Below are positions 56,990 to 64,000 of a stretch of DNA of 64,000 bases, piece by piece. A program made the translations under genes and the position numbers. Where the stretch lies: assembly GCA_025451535.1 (NCBI GenBank), contig JANWKE010000009.1, positions 11,917-75,916 on the forward strand. The letters run 5' to 3'. The stretch's first letter is position 1. Each line of letters starts with the position of its first letter. Under the pieces are notes generated by a model. The model was not told the DNA's origin, ran no database searches, and saw nothing but the letters and a program-made list of their open reading frames with translations. This stretch comes from Verrucomicrobiia bacterium. GTDB taxonomy: Bacteria; Verrucomicrobiota; Verrucomicrobiia; Limisphaerales; UBA11358.

Positions 56990-58498
56990 TCAGGGCGCGG
57001 TGAATGTTTGTGTAGAATTCGTACGGCCGGCACTTCGCGGGGCGTGTACAAAGTTTGGATCGAGTTCGCGCTCCAACTGGTACTGCCGGAGCGCGTCTTG
57101 GGTCCGGCCGGTTTGCGAAAAATATACTCCCAGGTTTTCGTGGGCGATGTAATTGCCGGGATCAATTTTCAAAGCGTGCTCCATCAAAGTTTGCGTATTT
57201 TGCCAATAGGCGAGTTGCTGGCGTGACGACAGCGCGCACCCTGCCAGAATTGCCACAGTCGCAACCCCCGGCAAAAACCGGCGCGCCATCGGTGGAAACA
57301 GAACCTCGGCCAGTCCGGTCGCTCCCCAAACGCACATAATGAAAAATCCAATGGAAGGCAGATACGTGTAGCGATCGGCGATGGATTGGAGACCGAACTG
57401 GATCAAGCCGCACACCGGCAACAGCATTCCCAGGAACCAGAACCAGCCCACCATCAGATAGGGCCGACGGTGGCGATTGACGACTGCCAACAGTGAGATT
57501 CCAGCCAGAACGCATACCGCCACAAGCAGCCATCCCACGTTGACGCCACCATGACGCAGGTAAAGAAAGGTCAGATCGTGCGGCCAGAATATTTTTTCAA
57601 GGTAACTCAGATATCCAACGATCGCGTCTCCCATCCGCGAAAAAAAACCTGCCGGCGGAGCGGAACTGGTCGCACCACCCGCGCGCTGCGCAAAAAAAGC
57701 GATGACACCAAAGATTGATGAAAGCAAAAGGAAAGGCACTTTTTCGGCGAGCAATTTTTTAGCAATTTCCTTCATGGAAGAATCCCGGCTGCAAGTAATG
57801 CAACGATGCAAAGGCCAGAAATCCATCAGCAGCAAAATCACCGGGACAGTAACCACCATGGGTTTTGACAGAAGTCCCAGGATGAAGAACCCCAAAGAGC
57901 ACCTGAAATAAATTTTATGACGGGGCGTTGATGGCCGGCCCGCCTGTGCCGTCTCCCCCTGCCTTTCAACATTTCGGGAAATATTTTTTTGTACATGAAG
58001 CGCATACATCCAAAGCGTCAGCAGGAAGAAAAATCCGCTTAACACATCCTTGCGTTCCGAAATCCACGCGACCGATTCCACCCGTAACGGATGCCAGGCA
58101 AATAAAGCCGCGACCACGGCGCTCCGCCAGAAAGCGCGCGTCATGGAGTTCAACAACAGGAACAGGAGCACCGCGTTGGCGCAGTGATACAGCACATTCA
58201 CCATATGCTGCGCGCCGGCATTCAACCCGAACAATTGACAATCGAGCATGTGGGAGAGCCAGGTCAGCGGGTGCCAATTGCTCGCATGTTGATCCACAAC
58301 GGACCACACCAATCCCCACCAGCTTAAGCCGGCGCGCACCGTCGGATTGTTGAAGACGTAATCATTATCGTCGTAATCAACAAAACCATAAAGGCGCGCC
58401 GGCCAATAAATGGCCAATGTTCCCAGGACCAGCGCCAGGCACACGCCACCGGTCCACCAACGGCTGGTTCGGAAATCAGTCACGTTCCTATACTGCAA
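56990..58498 (-). CDS. polytopic membrane protein with C-terminal TPR repeats (PMT/TMTC-like glycosyltransferase family candidate)
   Basis: N-terminal FVDYDDNDYV motif, about ten TM helices, and a C-terminal TPR (ALKIDPGNYIAHENLGVYFSQTGRTQDAL). Confidence 0.7.
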   Translation of the reverse strand: MQYRNVTDFRTSRWWTGGVCLALVLGTLAIYWPARLYGFVDYDDNDYVFNNPTVRAGLSWWGLVWSVVDQHASNWHPLTWLSHMLDCQLFGLNAGAQHMVNVLYHCANAVLLFLLLNSMTRAFWRSAVVAALFAWHPLRVESVAWISERKDVLSGFFFLLTLWMYALHVQKNISRNVERQGETAQAGRPSTPRHKIYFRCSLGFFILGLLSKPMVVTVPVILLLMDFWPLHRCITCSRDSSMKEIAKKLLAEKVPFLLLSSIFGVIAFFAQRAGGATSSAPPAGFFSRMGDAIVGYLSYLEKIFWPHDLTFLYLRHGGVNVGWLLVAVCVLAGISLLAVVNRHRRPYLMVGWFWFLGMLLPVCGLIQFGLQSIADRYTYLPSIGFFIMCVWGATGLAEVLFPPMARRFLPGVATVAILAGCALSSRQQLAYWQNTQTLMEHALKIDPGNYIAHENLGVYFSQTGRTQDALRQYQLERELDPNFVHAPRSAGRTNSTQTFTAP

Positions 58499-58596
58499 GG
58501 TAAAGGACGTTTTCCAAGGATTTTCCCGGCGTCAGCGACGATTCGAAAAAATTTCCCATGGCGATCAAGCTCCGGAGGATCTCCGCGTTTGGAGCA

Positions 58597-59490
58597 TCAC
58601 GAGTCCAGGTTTTCTCCCGCCACCATCCGGCGTGCCGTGGCCTGGACAATCTTGAGAAAGGCATCGAGCAGGGGATTTTTCCCGCCCTGCCAGAGGACAC
58701 CAAACTTGACCGGCTCAAATCCATCGAGCGGCAACACACGCACCTGCGGATGGAGTTTCATTTTGGGCACGCCTACGGTCACGCCAATGCCGTAGCCGTT
58801 GGCGACATAGGTTTGCACGATTTCGACGGAGTTGACTTCAATGCGGCTGAACCAGTCCACCCCAAGCTTCGCCAGCCCCGCCTGAAACGCGCGGCTGATG
58901 AATTCGTTGCTCGGGACCGTAATAAGCGATTCCCCGATCGGATCGCGTTCCCAGAGTTCCTGGGCGGATTTTAGTTTGCTCGTCTTCGGAACCAGCAGCA
59001 CCAGCGGCAGTTTGAACAAGGACAAGGCGTTCACGCCCGAGGGCGGCTTATTGCCAACCAGCCCGAGAGACACGTCAACTTCCCTCTCTTGCAACCAGGC
59101 AACGACCTCCGGGTGATAACCTTCACGCAAGGTCACCTTCAACTTCGGAAACGGTCGCCGCAGTTCCTGCAGCATCGCGGGCAGATGTTCGCGCAGCACC
59201 GTTTCGGACGCCGCAATACGCAGGTGCTGGGAAATGCCCCCGCGGATTTTCTCGGCCACCGAATCCAGGTTGTCAAAAAATGGCCGGACGTAATCGTAAA
59301 GTTCCTGGCCCGCCGGCGTCAGCGCAAACGGCCGGCGATGAAACAACGTCGCGCCGAGGAATTCCTCCAGTTGAGAAATCTGGGAACTGACCGCCGGTTG
59401 CTGGATGCCGTAGGGGATATTGTGCACCGCCGGCATGATGCCGCCGTGACGGGCAACGTAATAGAACAACTCCAGGTGATGGATGTTCAT
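58597..59490 (-). CDS. LysR-family transcriptional regulator
   Basis: MNIHHLELFYYVARHGGI...GIQQPAVSSQISQLEEFLGATLFHR HTH plus a substrate-binding domain. The start is set at the internal ATG. Confidence 0.9.
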   Translation of the reverse strand: MNIHHLELFYYVARHGGIMPAVHNIPYGIQQPAVSSQISQLEEFLGATLFHRRPFALTPAGQELYDYVRPFFDNLDSVAEKIRGGISQHLRIAASETVLREHLPAMLQELRRPFPKLKVTLREGYHPEVVAWLQEREVDVSLGLVGNKPPSGVNALSLFKLPLVLLVPKTSKLKSAQELWERDPIGESLITVPSNEFISRAFQAGLAKLGVDWFSRIEVNSVEIVQTYVANGYGIGVTVGVPKMKLHPQVRVLPLDGFEPVKFGVLWQGGKNPLLDAFLKIVQATARRMVAGENLDS

Positions 59491-59512
59491 TGGTTTAAGC
59501 GATGATGCCGCC

Positions 59513-59531
59513 AGTTTTATCAATTAACACC
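59513..59531. repeat. exact 19-nt direct repeat, copy 1
   Basis: agttttatcaattaacacc, identical to 60418-60436. Confidence 0.85.
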
Positions 59532-59620
59532 CGCAAGGCAAGTGGAGTTACATGACAGGTAGAAACATCAATGGTCAGACAAAACCATGAACCTGACCGA
59601 AAACTCAAACCGTTGAACCT

Positions 59621-60355
59621 ATGAAAACAACCCGAGTTAAAACCTTCCTCGGGGTGATCGGACTTGTCCTGGCAAACTCAACGTCGCATCTCCCGGCACA
59701 ATCTCCGCCCCCTGCCTACTACGATGCCCCGTACTCCGGCGTGCCAACCGGCACAGTACCGGGCCGCTATTATGCAACGCCACTGAGCGGCAAAGTGTAC
59801 CTGAGTTTCGACGCCGGCGTCGCCCTGCAACAGGACATCACCATGAGCGACACCATTGGTGACAGCGAGACCGTGACGTTCGATCCCGGAGCCAGACTTG
59901 ATTTCGATCTCGGGTATAACTTCACCAAAAATTGGGCGTCCGAACTGGAAATCGGTCTCGTCGCCAATCAGGTTAAAAACTCGTTCTTCCTCGGAACCGA
60001 TTTCATGGAAGTTGATTTGGTCGAGCTCCCCATTATGGTTAACGTCATCTACACCCAACCATTGGGCCGTCACTTTTCGACTTACATCGGCGGCGGCATT
60101 GGCGGCGTCTTCAGCGATTATAGCAATGAATTCGGCGGGACCACCGCCAGCGACACGACGTTTGGCTTCCAGGGCCTGGCCGGCATCAAATACGCGATCA
60201 ATGACCGGTGGGATATTGGTGTCACCTACAAGTTCCTCGGCACGACCGACCACGATGTCGGGCCGGGCTTCGACTCGAATGGAAACCCGACGGAATTCAA
60301 ATCAGACGGGACCATGACGCATTCGATTCTGGTGGCTTTGACCTGCAAGTTTTAA
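59621..60355 (+). CDS. outer-membrane beta-barrel (OmpW/OmpA-like porin family) protein
   Basis: Signal peptide, alternating amphipathic beta strands, C-terminal ...ILVALTCKF ending in Phe. Confidence 0.8.
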   Translation: MKTTRVKTFLGVIGLVLANSTSHLPAQSPPPAYYDAPYSGVPTGTVPGRYYATPLSGKVYLSFDAGVALQQDITMSDTIGDSETVTFDPGARLDFDLGYNFTKNWASELEIGLVANQVKNSFFLGTDFMEVDLVELPIMVNVIYTQPLGRHFSTYIGGGIGGVFSDYSNEFGGTTASDTTFGFQGLAGIKYAINDRWDIGVTYKFLGTTDHDVGPGFDSNGNPTEFKSDGTMTHSILVALTCKF

Positions 60356-60417
60356 CCATGAAGCCAACCGGACAATTCCCAATGAAGGTACCGGTTAACC
60401 CAGCCGATGCTCCATGA

Positions 60418-60436
60418 AGTTTTATCAATTAACACC
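60418..60436. repeat. exact 19-nt direct repeat, copy 2
   Basis: agttttatcaattaacacc, identical to 59513-59531. Confidence 0.85.
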
Positions 60437-60525
60437 TTCCCGGTTGGCAGGGATAAAGTTGCTGTGAAATGAAAACCATATTCACCGAAAACATTTTGCG
60501 GACGAGAGGTGGAGGGCAAACGGCA

Positions 60526-60936
60526 TCAGGTCTGAGGCTCCCTCTTCAAAGACCAGTAGCATTCTGCCATCAGGACGAAAAAGACCGCATCGGCCACCCC
60601 GAAGAGCGCGGCGAACGCGACGTGCGGCAGATTGCCCGCCGACCAGTAATAAAATGCCGTCGCCGCGTAGGCCAGTTTGTAAAGCGTGCCGACGAAGATC
60701 AAATCCGCGTTGCCCCGCAGGTCGCCGCGCGAAATCAATGCGTAGGCGATGCCGATGACCAGCAGGAAGGCGCCGAGCAGTGTGACATAGCCGCCGAACG
60801 CCGGCAGTTTTTCACTGATGCCCAGTGCGGCAAAGGCCCGCGCCGGGAAGAAGGTAAACGTGACGCCGAGCAGAAGGTCGTAAAAGGCGGCGATGGTGAA
60901 GAGGGTCCGATAATACCTTTCTTTGGCGGGTTTCAT
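60526..60936 (-). CDS. four-TM membrane protein, hypothetical
   Basis: 136 aa from MKPAKERYY, with four hydrophobic helices. Confidence 0.6.
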   Translation of the reverse strand: MKPAKERYYRTLFTIAAFYDLLLGVTFTFFPARAFAALGISEKLPAFGGYVTLLGAFLLVIGIAYALISRGDLRGNADLIFVGTLYKLAYAATAFYYWSAGNLPHVAFAALFGVADAVFFVLMAECYWSLKREPQT

Positions 60937-60972
60937 GACATAAGCTTGTAGCAATCAATCCCAGGAAATCAA

Positions 60973-61359
60973 ATGAAATCTAATCCAAATCTTTTCCTCG
61001 CCTGGCTCTGGATTCTGCTCGGGTTTGTGACCGGCATGGTGCTGGGTTTGTTCTTCCACCGCGAAAACTGGCTCGGCGGTTACGGCAGCTTCCAACGCCG
61101 GATGTATCGGCTCGCACACATTTCATTCTTTGGCCTCGGCGCGGTCAATTTGCTGTTCTGGCTGACGATGCAAAAAATTTCTCAGCCAGGGCCGCTGACC
61201 GATGTCGCATCATGGATGTTCATCATCGGCGCCATCACCATGCCGGTCTGTTGCGCGGTCATGGCGCATTTTCCGAAGGCGCATCCAATTTTCGCCGTGC
61301 CGGTGGTGAGCCTGATGACTGGCGGAACTTTGACTTTACTGGAGGTAACAAAACTATGA
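60973..61359 (+). CDS. four-TM membrane protein, hypothetical
   Basis: 128 aa. Its stop overlaps the start of the radical SAM gene (ATGA). Confidence 0.6.
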   Translation: MKSNPNLFLAWLWILLGFVTGMVLGLFFHRENWLGGYGSFQRRMYRLAHISFFGLGAVNLLFWLTMQKISQPGPLTDVASWMFIIGAITMPVCCAVMAHFPKAHPIFAVPVVSLMTGGTLTLLEVTKL

Positions 61360-62717
61360 ACACAAAAAAACGCATTGGCTTCATCGCCATGAGCGGCGTG
61401 CGCGCCCATAACGAAGAACTTACCCGGCTCGGACTCACCCTGCCCGGTTTTGTGGACCGGAACAAAATCATCGCCTCGCTCCCCAGCCTCGGTCTCCTTA
61501 CGCTCGCCGGACTGACGCCGGATAAATTTGAAATCGCCTACCACGAAATCGCCGATTTAACAAAGTTGCCGGAGTTGTCGACTGACTTTGACCTCGTCGC
61601 CATCAGCACCTTCACGGCGCAATTTTATGAGGCGTGCGACGTTGCCGATTTTTACCGGGCGCGCGGGATTCCCGTCGTCATGGGCGGCATCACGGTCTCG
61701 TCGTTACGCGAGCAGACAAAGGAGCATTGCACCAGCGTCGTCATCGGCGAAGGCGAACCACTCTGGCCGGAGGTGTTGAAGGATTTCGAGCGTGGCACCC
61801 TGAAACCTTTTTATACATCGATGAAGGAATTCCATTTTGCCGATGCGCCGATGCCGCGCTTTGATTTGCTGGCACCGCAGAAATACAACCGCCTGACCGT
61901 GCAAACGAGCCGCGGTTGTCCGCACCGCTGCGAATTCTGCGCGAGTTCCATTCTGCTGACGCCGCGTTACAAGGTGAAGCCGGTGGAAAAGGTCATCGCC
62001 GAAATCCGCGAGATCAAAAAAATCTGGCCCAGGCCATTCATCGAATTTGCCGATGACAACAGCTTTGTCCACCACGAGCATTACAGGAAATTGCTGCGCG
62101 AACTGGCGAAGGAAAATGTCCGCTGGTTCACTGAAGCCGATGTCAGTATAGCCGCCGATGACGAATTGCTCGGCCTCATACGTGATTCCGGTTGCCAGCA
62201 GGTGCTCATCGGTTTGGAAAGTCCACGCCGCGCCAACCTCAATGGCCTCGAACTCAAAAACAACTGGAAGGCCCGTCAACAGGACCGTTACCAGGCGGCC
62301 ATCGCCAGAATCCAGTCTTACGGCATCACCGTCAACGGCTGTTTTATCCTCGGCCTCGACGGTGATACGCCGGAAACCTTCGATGACGTGCTGGATTTTG
62401 TGCGTGACGCTGGCCTTTACGAAGTGCAAGTGACGTTTCAAACGGCGTTTCCCGGCACGCCGCTGCATGCGCGGTTGAAAAAAGAAGGCCGCATCCTCCG
62501 CGACAACGCGTGGGAGCTTTGCACTTTGTTCGATATCAACTTTCAGCCGAAACACATGAGCGTCGCTGAATTGCAAAGCGGGTTCTTGAAACTGGTAAAA
62601 CAACTTTATTCCGCCGGGGAAACGTACATGCGTCGTGCGAAATTCAAACGCATGTTGAAAACGTCGCCAAACTTTGGCCGGTACGCAGCGCGAAGGGAGC
62701 AAATGCTCGCGGCGTAG
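61356..62717 (+). CDS. B12-binding-domain radical SAM protein
   Basis: N-terminal Rossmann-like cobalamin-binding-type domain (FDLVAISTFTAQ...VVMGG), then TSRGCPHRCEFCAS (CX3CX2C). The start is set at MNTKKRIGF. Confidence 0.85.
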   Translation: MNTKKRIGFIAMSGVRAHNEELTRLGLTLPGFVDRNKIIASLPSLGLLTLAGLTPDKFEIAYHEIADLTKLPELSTDFDLVAISTFTAQFYEACDVADFYRARGIPVVMGGITVSSLREQTKEHCTSVVIGEGEPLWPEVLKDFERGTLKPFYTSMKEFHFADAPMPRFDLLAPQKYNRLTVQTSRGCPHRCEFCASSILLTPRYKVKPVEKVIAEIREIKKIWPRPFIEFADDNSFVHHEHYRKLLRELAKENVRWFTEADVSIAADDELLGLIRDSGCQQVLIGLESPRRANLNGLELKNNWKARQQDRYQAAIARIQSYGITVNGCFILGLDGDTPETFDDVLDFVRDAGLYEVQVTFQTAFPGTPLHARLKKEGRILRDNAWELCTLFDINFQPKHMSVAELQSGFLKLVKQLYSAGETYMRRAKFKRMLKTSPNFGRYAARREQMLAA

Positions 62718-62786
62718 AAACGCCCAATGATTTTTAGAGACAGTGGCATCGCCCACGTCCAGAAAGCAAAAAATGAAAGGTAAATA

Positions 62787-63389
62787 ATGAAAATACGAAT
62801 CATCAACCAGCCAACCCGTATCATCACCACCATGGCGGCGTTGTTCGCGGTCATGTGCTTCCTCGTTAGCTGTGTCGTCACCTCCATCTACCCGTATTAC
62901 ACGGACAAGGATTTGGTCTCCGACCCGGCGTTGGTCGGCGAATGGGTGGAAGCAGGCGCGACCAATCAGCCTCCCGAATACGTGCAGATCGAATCGTTGG
63001 GTGAAAAGAGCTATTGGGCGACCATATTTGGCGAGCACGAAACCAATAGCATGGAAGTGCACCTGTTTCGCCTGAAAGAGCAGTTGTTTCTGGATTCGTT
63101 CCCCACCAATCGTTCGCTGGACTTTGTGCCCGTTCATCAGGTGTCCAAAGTCACGCAAATCGGGCCGGTGTTGGAAACGGCCAACCTGAATTACGACTGG
63201 CTCGCCAAATTGGTGGAGCATCACCCCAAGGCGATCCGGCACATGGTGTTGCGCGAAAAAGCCGGGGACGAACAGGGTGGTCGGATTATTCTGACTGCCG
63301 ACACAAAAGAATTGCAGCGGTTCATACTCAAATACGTCAACAACACCAACGCCTGGAAAGAGCCCACACAGTGGAAGCACCGGAACTGA
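62787..63389 (+). CDS. hypothetical lipoprotein
   Basis: 200 aa with an N-terminal hydrophobic segment ending FLVSC (lipobox-like). Confidence 0.6.
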   Translation: MKIRIINQPTRIITTMAALFAVMCFLVSCVVTSIYPYYTDKDLVSDPALVGEWVEAGATNQPPEYVQIESLGEKSYWATIFGEHETNSMEVHLFRLKEQLFLDSFPTNRSLDFVPVHQVSKVTQIGPVLETANLNYDWLAKLVEHHPKAIRHMVLREKAGDEQGGRIILTADTKELQRFILKYVNNTNAWKEPTQWKHRN

Positions 63390-63620
63390 ACAATGTCCTG
63401 ACCGTAAACGCCGGTCGAAATTTAAACGGACATTAAAACATCGCCGAAGCGCGAAAATTGCCGGTGGCTTCGCGCTCTTGCTTGGCCGCCACGCGGGTGG
63501 CTGGTGGCTGCGCGAGGTTGAAGGGAAACATCTCAAATTGCAACCGTCCGAACCGACCGCGCCATGAGCCGGAAACGAAATTTTTGAATCTCAACCAAAA
63601 ACTGAAAGAAACCGATAACA

Positions 63621-64000
63621 ATGAAAAAGATTGTCGTTCTTTTGTGGCTGGCGTTTTTGTTGGCTGGCTGCCAGACAAACACGTTCACGCATAAACATTT
63701 TCCCGAACGGGTTGCCCGAATCCATAGCGTCGGGCTTTTGCCGCAGGTTCATACCGCAATGCTGAACACTTATTTCGGGACGGACCCTTCTCCGGCGCCG
63801 CTTCCTGAAGAACAGCAAATCCGGTCGGAGCTGGTGGCTTCGACCATGGATCAATTACAACGGCACGGTTTTGTGGTCATTGATGGCTCGTTTCCTGAGG
63901 GCACAAACCAGATCTGGAACGGCCTCATGATTCAACAAGCCTGTTCAAAATGGCCCTCCAAAGCGGCACGACCGGACGCGAGGGTGCTGGCAACCAATCT
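63621..64000 (+). CDS. hypothetical lipoprotein (3' end runs off the window)
   Basis: My own translation gives MKKIVVLLWLAFLLAGCQTN (lipobox LAGC). It is open to the window end, so it is absent from the ORF track. Confidence 0.6.
   Translation, partial: MKKIVVLLWLAFLLAGCQTNTFTHKHFPERVARIHSVGLLPQVHTAMLNTYFGTDPSPAPLPEEQQIRSELVASTMDQLQRHGFVVIDGSFPEGTNQIWNGLMIQQACSKWPSKAARPDARVLATN

Noticed and set aside
61704-63536. 610-aa minus ORF, the longest in this region
   Set aside because: Antisense to the radical SAM gene (which has the CX3CX2C motif) and the following lipoprotein gene. R/H/F/V-rich with no motifs.
1-64000. CRISPR arrays, tRNA/rRNA genes, prophage or known defence-system genes
   Set aside because: Every intergenic gap over 50 nt was scanned by eye. 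There are no regularly spaced repeats, no cloverleaf-like sequences, and no Cas, restriction-modification, integrase or phage structural signatures among the translated ORFs.

Overview
64-kb chromosomal segment of a high-GC Gram-negative bacterium. The gene content points to the PVC superphylum, Verrucomicrobiota-like: a PEP-CTERM/exosortase system, two prepilin-type H-X9-DG (DUF1559-like) proteins and a giant autotransporter-associated beta-strand-repeat protein. I call about 60 protein genes; most long ORFs in the track that are not called are antisense shadows. Main blocks: (1) 0-9.4 kb housekeeping genes (GH29 fucosidase, MBOAT-like protein, UbiD, rhomboid protease, mdh, ABC exporter) interrupted by one AT-rich orphan gene. 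(2) 9.6-12.6 kb, a clear cobalamin riboswitch in front of a tightly packed three-gene operon of unknown function (PEP-CTERM surface protein, secreted protein, pseudopilin-like protein). This is my top candidate for an undescribed system. (3) pullulanase, then the folP-cdaA-cdaR-glmM operon. (4) 18.3-33 kb, an exopolysaccharide/exosortase locus (UXS, priming transferase, EpsI, exosortase, GT26/GT4/GT2, three SDR epimerases, two methyltransferases, with nadE embedded). (5) xylulokinase, then a lower-GC islet at 35.3-38.1 kb bounded by ~146-nt direct repeats. (6) a second pseudopilin-like gene plus a 946-aa repeat protein. (7) the uronate/pectin catabolism genes kduI-kduD-GH105-GH105/DUF4861-eda. 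(8) the manganese module mntH/mntR. (9) pilMNOPQ. (10) a LysR/porin/B12-radical-SAM neighbourhood. I found no rRNA, tRNA, CRISPR array, integrase or transposase. A recurring non-genic signal is a family of imperfect palindromes whose arms are short tandem ~7-nt repeats. They occur between genes, in one divergent promoter region, and twice in frame inside coding sequence.
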